Below are positions 33,806-43,101 of a DNA stretch of 64,000 nt, one piece after another. The notes beneath the pieces are model-generated. The model made no database searches. It had not been told where the DNA came from and worked only from the letters and a program-made list of their open reading frames with translations. The stretch covers positions 448,001 through 512,000 of the forward strand of contig CBDFLJ010000001.1 of assembly GCA_965248835.1 (NCBI GenBank). Reading direction: 5' to 3'. Position 1 is the first letter of the stretch; each line of letters begins with the position of its first letter. The DNA is from Alphaproteobacteria bacterium. Its GTDB lineage: Bacteria > Pseudomonadota > Alphaproteobacteria > MPNO01. The position numbers and the translations under genes were made by a program.

Positions 33806-34492
33806 TCAACGCGGCTGGTCGGCGACCGCCGCCAGCAGGCTCATGGTCTGGTGGTCCGGCCGACCGTCGCAGCACGCAGGGCGGAACCTGCGCTGAAAGG
33901 CGATCAGGGCGGCGGCCAGGGAGTCCGCCCCGACCTCGAGCCCGTAGCCGCATCGTTCAAGCAGCGTCCGCACCGCCGCCGGCTCCGGCGGAACCGGCGC
34001 GGCAGCCTGCCGAGGCCAGAAGGCGAGGCCTTGGCGGGCCAGGCGCTGCCAGTCGAAGAGTTCGCCGGGATCCTGCTTGCGCATCGGCGCCACGTCGGAA
34101 TGGCCGACCACCCGTCGGGGGGAAATGCCGTGGCGGGTGAGGATCCCTCCCAACAGCGCTTCGAGTGCGGCCATCTGGGCTTCGGGGAACGGCCGGTAGC
34201 CGAACGCATGGCCGGGGTTGACGAGCTCGATACCGATCGAGCGGTCGTTGACGTCGCTCGCTCCCATCCAGGACGCGACGCCGGCATGCCAGGCACGCCG
34301 CGCCTCCTCGACCAGGCGATGGACCGCGCCGGCCTCCTCGATCAGGTAGTGGGCACTGACCGCCGTTGCCGGATCGCACAGCCGCTCGAGCGCGGCCTGC
34401 GCGCTCGGCATGCCGGTATAGTGGAGAACGACCAGATCGATCGGCCCGGAACCCGGCCGCGCGTCATGGTTCGGCGACGGCGTCTTGATCAC
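33806..34492 (-). CDS. N-acetylmuramoyl-L-alanine amidase (Amidase_2, AmpD/AmiD-like) with C-terminal PG-binding domain
   Basis: VVLHYTGM, VSAHY, RAWHAG, SIGIELVN, GHSDVAP.RK.DPG, AFQRRFRP. Confidence 0.93.
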   Translation of the reverse strand: MIKTPSPNHDARPGSGPIDLVVLHYTGMPSAQAALERLCDPATAVSAHYLIEEAGAVHRLVEEARRAWHAGVASWMGASDVNDRSIGIELVNPGHAFGYRPFPEAQMAALEALLGGILTRHGISPRRVVGHSDVAPMRKQDPGELFDWQRLARQGLAFWPRQAAAPVPPEPAAVRTLLERCGYGLEVGADSLAAALIAFQRRFRPACCDGRPDHQTMSLLAAVADQPR

Positions 34493-34610
34493 CGTGCCGC
34501 CCCCTGTCCCGGCAGAGGGACCGCAACCCGGCATCGCCGCAATCCGCGCGCGCCAGCGGGCGCGGAGATCGCGGGGTCGGCTGGTGTCCGGCTTGGTTGG
34601 TGGCGCGGCC

Positions 34611-34835
34611 TCAGGCGGCGCTGCGCCGGTGCTGGGACGAGCGATCGCGCCGGCTCTCCGGCTCGCGATAGGCCATCTTCACATGATCGGCGCAATACGA
34701 GAAGGTATCGAAGGTCTTCCTGCCGCAAAAGCGAAAGCCATCTTTGCCGGGTTCGCCGTAGGGCCACTGACACGTCCGGAACGGGGACGCTTTGCTCACC
34801 CTCAATAGTGAGACGAGTTCCGATTTGGTCGACAT
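34611..34835 (-). CDS. Small GcrA-family protein consisting only of the C-terminal Cys/His domain
   Basis: TCQWPYGEPG..GFRFCG......SYCADH..MAY matches the GcrA C-terminal pattern; GGAAAAGA RBS. Confidence 0.8.
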   Translation of the reverse strand: MSTKSELVSLLRVSKASPFRTCQWPYGEPGKDGFRFCGRKTFDTFSYCADHVKMAYREPESRRDRSSQHRRSAA

Positions 34836-34866
34836 TGTGTTCTTTTCCAAGAATTGGGATGCGAGT

Positions 34867-34900
34867 TAAATATTGCGGACCGGATGAGGGGTCAAGGTTA
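34867..34900 (-). promoter_or_regulatory. Sigma70-type promoter of the GcrA-like gene, flanked by TTAA CtrA-like half-sites
   Basis: Minus strand TTAACC directly before TTGACC-17 nt-TATTTA. Confidence 0.45.
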
Positions 34901-34972
34901 AAAGGCCCGGAATATCAATTTGGTGCGGCAAAATGTTACAGCACCGCCTCGGGCCGCGCCGGCGGCGGGTCT

Positions 34973-35707
34973 TCAGCGCAGCCCGCGCTGCTTGCGGACC
35001 ATGTCCCAGGCGGCGTTGATCGTGGCCATCCGCTCGGTCGCGATTTCGATGAAATCGTCGGGCATGCCTTGCGCGATCAGCCGGTCGGGATGGTTCTCCC
35101 GGGTCAGTCGCAGCCAGGCCTCGCGAACCTCCGAATCCTCGGCGCGCGCATCGACGCCGAGGATCGCGTAGGGGTCGATCTCGCCCGCGCCGGCGTGGCC
35201 GGCATGGATCCGGTTGAAGGTCGCCTCGTCGAACCCGAACAGCCCGGCCACCCGCACCAGGTAGTCGCGCTCGGCCGGGTGGATCACCCCGTCCGCCTTT
35301 GCGATGTAGAACAGCGCATTCAGGAGCTCTTCCAGCACCGCCGGGTTGGAGGCGAACATGCGCGCGACCTGGCGCGCGTAGGGCTCGAAGCCGCGCGCAT
35401 CCTTGCGGGCCAGGTCGAACACGCGGCCGACGTTCTTGATCTCCTCGGGCGGGACGTGGACCAGCCGGCGAAAGGCGGCGATCTCGTCGCGGGTGACCTG
35501 GCCGTCGGCCTTGGCCATCTTGGCGCTGAGCACGATGACGGCGATGGTGAACGCCGTCTCGCGCGTGGAGTCCACCTCGTCCCCGGCCGCCCCGCCGCGC
35601 AGCTTGTCGACGGCGTGGCCGGCGACCGCGCCGATCAGCGCGCCCAGCGGTCCGCCGAGGGCGAGCCCCGCCGCACCGCCGATGATCTTGCCCCAGATGC
35701 CGGCCAT
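34973..35707 (-). CDS. djlA: DjlA-type co-chaperone (TM-TerB-J domain)
   Basis: Gly-rich N-terminal TM, AKMAKADG, C-terminal J-domain with HPD. Confidence 0.9.
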   Translation of the reverse strand: MAGIWGKIIGGAAGLALGGPLGALIGAVAGHAVDKLRGGAAGDEVDSTRETAFTIAVIVLSAKMAKADGQVTRDEIAAFRRLVHVPPEEIKNVGRVFDLARKDARGFEPYARQVARMFASNPAVLEELLNALFYIAKADGVIHPAERDYLVRVAGLFGFDEATFNRIHAGHAGAGEIDPYAILGVDARAEDSEVREAWLRLTRENHPDRLIAQGMPDDFIEIATERMATINAAWDMVRKQRGLR

Positions 35708-35906
35708 TGATCCCCGTTCCTGTCCGCGCAACCCTCAGCCGGCGCCCCGGGAGCGAAACCGGCGCTTCCGGGCGGCAGGGCCGGGCGGTCAGACGGAGCG
35801 CACTCTATCACCATCGCATCGGCCCTGGTCGAGGTTTGTCAATGCCCGCGGGCGGCGTATAACCGTTACCAGCCGCGCGAGCGGGCGGCGGCAGCGAGAG
35901 GCCGCA

Positions 35907-36704
35907 ATGACGATCGAGAAAATCCCCAGCGTCGCCGATCCGGCCGCGTTCCGCCGGCTGTGCCGCGAGGACGGCTTCGCCGGCCCGAGCTCGGGCCACG
36001 CGCCGGGCTACGTCCAGGCCAACATGGTGATCCTGCCGGCCGAAGAGGCTGCGGATTTTGCCGTGTTCTGCGAGCGCAACCCCGGGCCGTGCCCAATCCT
36101 GGAGGTGCTGGAGCCGGGCGATCCCGAGCCCCGTCGGACCGCGCCGGGCGCGGACGTGCGCACGGACTTGCCGCGCTACCGGGTCTTCCGCGACGGCGAG
36201 CTGGTGGCCGAGCCGACCGCGATCACCGATCTGTGGCGCGAGGATCTGGTGACGTTCCTGCTCGGCTGCTCGTTCATCGCCGAGGAAGCGCTGCAGCGCG
36301 CGGGGCTGTTGATCCAGCACATCGCCGAGACCGGCTACGTCTCGATGTACCGAACCACCCGCCAGACCGTGCCGGCCGGGCCCTTCCACGGCCCGATGGT
36401 GGTCTCGATGCGCCCGTTCACGCCCGAGGAGGCAAGGCGCGCCGCCGAGGTGACCGGCCGCTACCCGATGGCCCACGGCGCGCCGATCCACGCCGGTGAT
36501 CCGTCCGAACTGGGCATCGCCGACATCGCTGCGCCCGAATACGGCCGCCCGGTGACCATCGAGGATGGCAAGATCCCCGTCTTCTGGGCCTGCGGCGTCA
36601 CCCCGCAGGAGGCGATCCTCAACGCCAGGCCGAGCCTTGCGGTCACCCACATGCCGGGCTGCATGTTCGTCGGCGACAGGACCGCCGAATCGACGCGTAT
36701 TTGA
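35907..36704 (+). CDS. Putative hydro-lyase, DUF1445/YcsI (D-glutamate cyclase-like)
   Basis: GYVQAN, RNPGPCP, RTDLPRY, LGCSF, VSMRP, FWACGVTPQ. Confidence 0.9.
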   Translation: MTIEKIPSVADPAAFRRLCREDGFAGPSSGHAPGYVQANMVILPAEEAADFAVFCERNPGPCPILEVLEPGDPEPRRTAPGADVRTDLPRYRVFRDGELVAEPTAITDLWREDLVTFLLGCSFIAEEALQRAGLLIQHIAETGYVSMYRTTRQTVPAGPFHGPMVVSMRPFTPEEARRAAEVTGRYPMAHGAPIHAGDPSELGIADIAAPEYGRPVTIEDGKIPVFWACGVTPQEAILNARPSLAVTHMPGCMFVGDRTAESTRI

Positions 36705-36718
36705 TCGACGCGTATTTG
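36689..36718 (+). repeat. Perfect 15-bp tandem duplication spanning the stop codon
   Basis: ATCGACGCGTATTTG occurs twice in tandem. Confidence 0.85.
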
Positions 36719-36734
36719 ACTGGGAGGCCGGCGC

Positions 36735-38117
36735 ATGGACGGAAGCATTCGCAATTGCGGTATCCTCGAGGATCTGCGCGCCCTCCTGGGCGAGCGGGTG
36801 AGCACCAACCCGACGGTGTGCGACCGCCACGGCCGCGACGAATCCCACCACAGGGGTCATCCGCCGGACGCGGTGGTCTTCCCCGAGACCGCCGAGGAAG
36901 TGGTGGCCATCGTCAAGGCGTGCGCGGCGAAGGCGGTGCCGATGATCCCGTTTGGTGTCGGCACCTCGCTCGAGGGCCATGTGGCGGCGCTGCGCGGCGG
37001 CGTCTCGATCGACCTTTCGAGCATGAACAGGGTGATCGAGGTCAACGACGCCGACCTCGACGTCCGGGTCGAGCCGGGCGTCACCAGGAAGCAGCTCAAC
37101 GAATACTTGCGCGACACCGGCCTGTTCTTCCCGATCGACCCGGGCGCGGATGCGACCATCGGCGGCATGGCGGCCACCCGGGCGTCGGGCACCAACGCGG
37201 TGCGCTACGGCACCATGCGCGGGAACGTGCTCGGACTGACGGTAGTGCTGGCCGACGGCAGGGTGATCAGGACCGGCGGGCGGGCGCGAAAATCATCGGC
37301 CGGCTACGACCTCACCGGGCTGTTCGTCGGCTCGGAAGGCACGCTCGGCGTGATCGTCGAGGTCACGCTGCGGCTATACGGCATTCCGGAGGCGATCTCG
37401 GCCGCCGTCTGCCCGTTCCCGAGCGTCGATGAGGCGGTCGCGACCTGCATCGAGACCATCCAGTCCGGCATCCCCGTCGCCCGCATCGAGCTCGCCGACG
37501 AGGCCCAGATCTCCGCCATCAACAAATGGGCGAAGACGGACCTTCCCGACAGCCCGGTCCTGTTCTTCGAGTTCCACGGCAGCGAGGCGTCCGTCGCCGA
37601 GCAAGCCGAGTCCGTCCAGGCGCTCGCGGCCGCACACGGGGGCGCGGAATTCCGCTGGACCAACCGGCAGGAGGAGCGAACGAAACTCTGGCAGGCCCGC
37701 CACGATGCCCACTACGCCAACATGGCGCTCGCCCCGGGCAAGCGGGCCTGGCCGACCGACGTGTGCGTGCCGATCTCGCGTCTGGCCGAATGCATTGCCG
37801 AGACCCGCGCCGACATCGCCCGGACGGACCTGCTGGCCCCCATCGTCGGCCATGTCGGCGACGGCAACTTCCACGTCGATTTCGTGCTCGACCCCGACGA
37901 CGAAACCGAACTCGCCGCCGCCGCGGACCTCAACGACCGCCTCATCGCCCGCGCGCTCGCCATGGGCGGCACCTCGACCGGCGAGCACGGCATAGGCTAC
38001 GGCAAACGCAAGTATCTGGAGGCCGAGCACGGCGAGGCGGTCACGGTGATGCGGGCGCTGAAGGCGACGCTGGATCCGAACGGCCTGATGAACCCGGGGA
38101 AGATCGTCGACGGGTAG
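36735..38117 (+). CDS. FAD-linked oxidase, D-lactate dehydrogenase (cytochrome)/GlcD family
   Basis: GTSLEGH, DPGADATIGGM, GSEGTLG, GHVGDGNFH, GEHGIG, MNPGK. Confidence 0.93.
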   Translation: MDGSIRNCGILEDLRALLGERVSTNPTVCDRHGRDESHHRGHPPDAVVFPETAEEVVAIVKACAAKAVPMIPFGVGTSLEGHVAALRGGVSIDLSSMNRVIEVNDADLDVRVEPGVTRKQLNEYLRDTGLFFPIDPGADATIGGMAATRASGTNAVRYGTMRGNVLGLTVVLADGRVIRTGGRARKSSAGYDLTGLFVGSEGTLGVIVEVTLRLYGIPEAISAAVCPFPSVDEAVATCIETIQSGIPVARIELADEAQISAINKWAKTDLPDSPVLFFEFHGSEASVAEQAESVQALAAAHGGAEFRWTNRQEERTKLWQARHDAHYANMALAPGKRAWPTDVCVPISRLAECIAETRADIARTDLLAPIVGHVGDGNFHVDFVLDPDDETELAAAADLNDRLIARALAMGGTSTGEHGIGYGKRKYLEAEHGEAVTVMRALKATLDPNGLMNPGKIVDG

Positions 38118-38408
38118 GGTCTTCCGAGATTTAAGAATTTGTTTATCCGAAGGGTTTTGATTCGGGCATCCGCAACGAGAGGTGTCCAAATGACCTGGGT
38201 GTCAACGGCGGCGTAAAAGTTTGCCGACCGGCGTCCCTCGGCCGCTCGTGGATCGCCGCTACGTTCTTCAACGAGCGGCTGATGCGGTCCCGCGATGCCG
38301 GGCGAGACGCAACAGGCCGAGGAGCCCGGGCCGGCGCATGGTCGCGCCGGTGACCGCGGCGTCCGAAAGCACCATCGCCGCGTCCGCCGGCCTGCGTTTT
38401 GTGGCTGC

Positions 38409-38629
38409 AACTTCGAGCTGGTGCATGGTGAGACCGAAATATTGCCCGGCATCTCGATGTTTCCAACGCCAGGCCATGCGCCGGGCCACATGTCCGTCAC
38501 GGTCAAGGTCCCCGAGAGCGATATCGTGCTCGCCGGAGACGCTGTCTTCCAGGCGCGGAACCTGGAACCCAAAGAAGATGAAAAATGGCGCTACCGGGTG
38601 CCGCCGCGGTTTGTGAACGCGATCGAAGG
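38409..38629 (+). pseudogene. Internal fragment of a metallo-beta-lactamase-fold (AHL-lactonase-like) hydrolase
   Basis: FELVHGETEILPGISMFPTPGHAPGHMSV...VLAGDA present; HxHxDH N-terminus and C-terminal His absent. Confidence 0.65.
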
Positions 38630-38787
38630 ATGCGGTTGGCGGGATGGACGTGAATCGTGGTCCATAGCTGATGGCCGGTATCGATGAACTGAAGGACCTG
38701 CCGTCCGGCATCCCCGACCTCGGAGACCATCCGCGCGGCCGGGTGGGCCCGGCAGAAATGCATCATGGCCTTCTTGAAGTGCTGCCC
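38627..38787 (-). pseudogene. Possible fragment of a secretion/pilus traffic ATPase (GspE/PilB-like Walker B and His box)
   Basis: RAHPAARMVSEVGD...FIDTGHQLWTTIH resembles RxxPDxIxVGEIRD...TGHxVxxTxH. Confidence 0.4.
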
Positions 38788-38930
38788 CCCGCCTCGCCGG
38801 CGCCGGGGTTCGGATACGCGGCCGGAACCCGCAGCGTCTCCGGCGGCGCGTTCGAGAGCGTATGGGGCTGGAGGATATACGGACTCGTGGCTGACCCGTA
38901 TCGGCAATGCCCACCCCGCTTCTTTCCGCC

Positions 38931-39776
38931 TTATTTGGCTCCCGACTGCCAGACGACCGGGAATATCTTGTCATTGGCCGGCAGAACACCGACCTGCAGG
39001 TTCTCCTCCTCGGCGCCGGGGATATTGAACCGGGTGCGGGCGCCATACCAGGCGATGTCGCCGCCAAAAAAACGACATGAAAGCGCGACTCTGCGGATTG
39101 TGGTGGAGGCGTTGCCGCCCGCGCCATGCACCGCCAACGGATGGTGGACGATGCAGTCGCCGGGCTCCATGTCCCAGGAAAGAAATCGATACCGGGGATT
39201 GTCGAATTCCTTGTGAAACATCGGGCAATCCTCGAAACCGTCGGCCTCGGCGAGCGCAAAGCCTTCGCGAGGTACCGCCGGGATCGGACGATACATCTTG
39301 TCCCATCTGTGCGATCCCGCCACGTAGACCAGCCCGCTCGTTTCCTGAGTCACCGGCGTCAGCGTCAACCACACAGAGGCCACATGATTTCCCGCCAACG
39401 GCCAAAAAGGCAGATCATGATGCCAGGCGGTGGGCAGAAGCGTGCCGGGGTCCTTGATAAAAAGTTGATCATAGAAAAACCGCACCTCGTCGAGCCCCAG
39501 AAGGCGCGCCGCGATTTCCCGCGCCGGTGAGTTCTTCACGAAATCCATGAATGCGGGATTGCTGCGTGCCATGTGAGAATTGGCGACGACCTTGCCGGGT
39601 TCGTCATCTCCGCTGACCAGCACGTTGCCGACGGGGTTTTCCAGATTGGCTTCGATCACGGCCAGCATATGATCGATCCATTCCTGGTCGAATTGCCCGC
39701 GGATGCAGACGGCGCCATCCTCCGCATAGGCGCGAATCTCTTCGTCCGTGATGGGATTGAGCGGTTCTCGATTCAT
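38931..39776 (-). CDS. Phytanoyl-CoA dioxygenase (PhyH) family Fe/2-oxoglutarate oxygenase
   Basis: TAWHHD (HxD), AGSH, MEPGDCIVHH, VHGAGGN, RRVA; visibly lower GC than the core genes. Confidence 0.9.
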   Translation of the reverse strand: MNREPLNPITDEEIRAYAEDGAVCIRGQFDQEWIDHMLAVIEANLENPVGNVLVSGDDEPGKVVANSHMARSNPAFMDFVKNSPAREIAARLLGLDEVRFFYDQLFIKDPGTLLPTAWHHDLPFWPLAGNHVASVWLTLTPVTQETSGLVYVAGSHRWDKMYRPIPAVPREGFALAEADGFEDCPMFHKEFDNPRYRFLSWDMEPGDCIVHHPLAVHGAGGNASTTIRRVALSCRFFGGDIAWYGARTRFNIPGAEEENLQVGVLPANDKIFPVVWQSGAK

Positions 39777-40169
39777 CCCGATAACGGCCCCTATACCCGC
39801 TTCCGCTGCACCGACCGGCTTCACCGTATCACGAGCGCGGTCGAATTTTGAAGGACCGCCCATGTGATCAGGACCGCACCGAAAACAGGCTGGTTTTCAA
39901 CCAATCCTTACTCGCGATCTACCGGCCGAGACGGCGGTCGCAAACACCCTCCGCGCCGTCTGCGTCGCAGCACTCGCGCTGGAACCGGAGACCCGACCAT
40001 TGCGGGAGCGCTGACGGCAACCGCGCGCAACACCCGACGGAGCGGGCGTTACCCGGGCGTCGGTCTCAGGTGCAGGTTCTGAACGGCCTTTACGGCCCGG
40101 GCGGCGAAAAGGCGGAATCGCTGACCAGGACCCACGCGCCGAGGCACACCGGGATTTAATGGAAGCGGT

Positions 40170-40691
40170 TCAGGCGCGGTCTGCCGGGAGGTGCCAATCG
40201 CTGTAGCGCAGCGCGTCGATATCGATGGTGGTGCCGTGACCGCGCGCGGGGCCGCGCGGCAGGTCGGACGCACCCTCGAATCCCTCATGGCAGAACAGCT
40301 CGATCACGTTGCCCGAGGGGTCGCGGAAGAACATCAGCGTCTCGACCCCCTTGCGCGTCCAGAAACCGGAGGTCGGCACGCCGCAGGCCGTGAGCCAGTC
40401 CTTCATCCGGACCAGGGCATCAGCGCCAGCGTCGAAGGCGATGTGGGGATACTCCGCACCCTCGCCGAGGAACGAGGCCCCGGCCGATCCGATCCCGATC
40501 CGGGTGCCGGCGATCCGAAACAGGGCGAAAGCGGCCTCCTGGACCACGAACTCGCCGCCCATCACATCGCGGTAAAAGCTGATGCCCTCCTCGAGGTCGC
40601 GGCAGGGCAGGCTGGCATGATCGAAGCCGTTGAACTGGGGCGGGCCCGACAGGCCGGGCCTTGGCTTCGCGGCGCTCTCGATGGTCGCCAT
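40170..40691 (-). CDS. VOC (glyoxalase/extradiol dioxygenase) family protein
   Basis: FDHASLPCRDL, YPHIAF, FFRDPSGNVIEL. Confidence 0.88.
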   Translation of the reverse strand: MATIESAAKPRPGLSGPPQFNGFDHASLPCRDLEEGISFYRDVMGGEFVVQEAAFALFRIAGTRIGIGSAGASFLGEGAEYPHIAFDAGADALVRMKDWLTACGVPTSGFWTRKGVETLMFFRDPSGNVIELFCHEGFEGASDLPRGPARGHGTTIDIDALRYSDWHLPADRA

Positions 40692-40835
40692 CGCATTCTC
40701 CCTTCCGGTGCAGCGCCCGGGCGATCCGCCAAACCGGGCCGTTACCGCCCGACGATAAGAGCGCAGAACCGGCGGCAAGGCAATCGCGAACCCTTGCGGC
40801 GAGGACAAGGAAAGGCGCCGTTTGTGGAGCGTGCT

Positions 40836-42020
40836 TCAGACGCGCGCGCCGGGATCGAGCCCGAGCAACGCCATGCCGGCATGCTCGAAGTTCGATGGCG
40901 CGGCCTGGATCTGCTGGGCCACGGCGTGCATGTCGCGGAACCGCCGCTCGAACGGGTTGCGCCGAAGGATCGCCCCGGCGCCGGCGGCGTGATAGGTGTA
41001 ATCGACCACCTTGCGGGCACGCTCGCTGGCATATGTGCAGGCGATCCTGAGCCGGGCCCGCTGGGCGAGCGAGAGTTCCGCCTCCCGGCAGACGGTGTCC
41101 CACAGCTCGGACATCATCTCGACCAGGAATGCCCGCCCGGCGCCGAGATGGCCCTCGCAGCGGGCGACCTGGAGCTGGACCGCGGCATTGTCCTGCAAGG
41201 TCGTCGCAGTGTAGGAAGGTGTCTTCTCGGCAGCCAGCGCGATAAAGGAATCCAGGCTCGCGCGGCCGATGCCCAGCGCGACCCCGGCAAAGGCCATGCC
41301 GTAGAACGAGGTCTGCGCGATCCGGTGCAGCGGGCCGGGGCCGTGCCGGTCGCGCGCGATGTCGCGGGTGTAGGTGTAGGCCTCGGGCACGAACAGATCC
41401 TCGACCCCATAGTCGTCGCTGCCGGTGCCGCGCAGCCCGATCACGTCCCAGACCGGCATGATCTCGGCGCTGGCCGCGGGAAAGAGCGTCGTCCTGAGGA
41501 CGGGCCGGCCGTCGGCGGTCAGAAGCGGCGCGCCGTCCGGCTCGTAGACCCGAGCATGCCCGCCGAGCCAGGTCGCGTTGCGGATGCCGCTGGCGTAGCT
41601 CCACCTGCCGGTCACCCGCCAGCCGCCCTCGACCGGGACCGCGCGGGAGTGCGCGTTCGGCGGCCCCCAGGCGAGCACCGCATCGGCCGGCCCGAAGATC
41701 TCCCGGGCGATCCCGGGTGCGACGAACCCGGCGGCGAGCGAGCAGCCGAGCGCCTGGCCGAGGCACCAGGCGGTGCTCGCGTCTGCAGCGGCCACCGTCT
41801 GCAGCACGGCGATGATGGTCATCGGCGAGGCTTCCGCGCCGTCGAGTGCGCGCGGCAGGCAGAGCCGGAACAGCCCGACCTCGTGCAGCGCCGCCATCAC
41901 CTCGGTCGCCACCTTGCCCGCATGCTCGGTCCGCTCGGCCGCCGCTGCGATCTTCGGCGACAACGCCGATGCGCGCGCTACCCAATCGTGCCCGGCCCCG
42001 TGCGCGGTACAATCCGCCAT
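40836..42020 (-). CDS. Acyl-CoA dehydrogenase-fold flavin monooxygenase (HsaA/HpaH-like oxygenase component)
   Basis: DASTAW, GRWSYASG, WDVIGLRGTGSDD, ERRFRDMHA. Confidence 0.9.
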   Translation of the reverse strand: MADCTAHGAGHDWVARASALSPKIAAAAERTEHAGKVATEVMAALHEVGLFRLCLPRALDGAEASPMTIIAVLQTVAAADASTAWCLGQALGCSLAAGFVAPGIAREIFGPADAVLAWGPPNAHSRAVPVEGGWRVTGRWSYASGIRNATWLGGHARVYEPDGAPLLTADGRPVLRTTLFPAASAEIMPVWDVIGLRGTGSDDYGVEDLFVPEAYTYTRDIARDRHGPGPLHRIAQTSFYGMAFAGVALGIGRASLDSFIALAAEKTPSYTATTLQDNAAVQLQVARCEGHLGAGRAFLVEMMSELWDTVCREAELSLAQRARLRIACTYASERARKVVDYTYHAAGAGAILRRNPFERRFRDMHAVAQQIQAAPSNFEHAGMALLGLDPGARV

Positions 42021-42111
42021 CGATCACTCTCCACAGACCGATGCCATCGTAGGATGGCGCAGGCCTTGGGGCTATAGTGTCGGGCCCCGGCAAGAGAGGG
42101 AAGGCGAAGCG

Positions 42112-43101
42112 ATGGACGTGACGGCCTATGCCGCCTCGGTCGGACACTCGACATGGTTCAGCCACGACCGCGGCGAGACTTGGAACCGTGCGCATACGAC
42201 CTCGGGCGGGATCTACAACGAATCGCGCTGCTGGTGCTTGTCGGTCCACCCCGACCGGCCGGGCGAGGTGCTCTCGGGCACCGACCTCGGGGTCTATCGC
42301 TGGGACCAGGCGGCCGCGCGCTGGAACCACATCCCCTCGCCGATGGACGGGCTGCATATCCTGCAGATGGCCCAGGCGCCGCACGATGCCGATATCATCT
42401 TCGTCGGCACCCGGCCGGCGGAGATCTTCCGGACACTCGACGGCGGGGCCACCTGGCAGCGCTGCCGGCTCGGCAACGGCACCGAGTGCTGGTTCATCAA
42501 CACGCCCCGGGTCACCTCGATCCAGTTCGACCCGATCGATCCCAAGACGGTCTGGGTGTCGATCGAGATCGAGGGGATCTTCCGCACCACGGACCTCGGC
42601 GAGACCTGGGAGAAGCGCAACGAGGGGCTGATCTCGGTCGATACCCACAACATGGTCTTCTTCGACGATGCCGACGGCGGGCGCGAGATCCTGTGCTCGA
42701 CCGAGGAGGGGCTGCACAAGAGCACCGACAACGCCGCGCATTGGCGGCATATCGAGGTGCCCCAGGCGCCGTTCGTCTACATGCGCTGCATGGAGCGCCG
42801 GGCCGACGATTCCGAGATCGTCTTCCTGTCGGTCGGCGATCGGCCCTCGGGCGAGACCGGCATGCTGCTCAGGAGCCGCGACCGGGGCGAGAGCTGGGAG
42901 AATGTCGACCTGCCGGGCCACGTCAACAGCACCATCTGGTGGATCGGCACGAACCCGGCCGATCCCGGGCTGATCTTTTGCTGCACGATCATGGGCCAGA
43001 TCTGGCGCTCCACCGACGGCGGGGAGAGCTGGCGGAAGATGCGGCGCGAGCTGGGAGAGCTGCGCATGATCACCTGGCAACCGAGCGTGTCCGGCCGATG
43101 A
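42112..43101 (+). CDS. Asp-box (BNR) beta-propeller protein without signal peptide
   Basis: Repeated S/T-x-D-x-G-x-T/S-W motifs (SHDRGETW, TLDGGATW, TTDLGETW, SRDRGESW, STDGGESW). Confidence 0.85.
   Translation: MDVTAYAASVGHSTWFSHDRGETWNRAHTTSGGIYNESRCWCLSVHPDRPGEVLSGTDLGVYRWDQAAARWNHIPSPMDGLHILQMAQAPHDADIIFVGTRPAEIFRTLDGGATWQRCRLGNGTECWFINTPRVTSIQFDPIDPKTVWVSIEIEGIFRTTDLGETWEKRNEGLISVDTHNMVFFDDADGGREILCSTEEGLHKSTDNAAHWRHIEVPQAPFVYMRCMERRADDSEIVFLSVGDRPSGETGMLLRSRDRGESWENVDLPGHVNSTIWWIGTNPADPGLIFCCTIMGQIWRSTDGGESWRKMRRELGELRMITWQPSVSGR

Noticed and set aside
39864-40169. Riboswitch or small gene in the PhyH-VOC spacer
   Set aside because: No aptamer consensus and no convincing ORF; probably degraded sequence.
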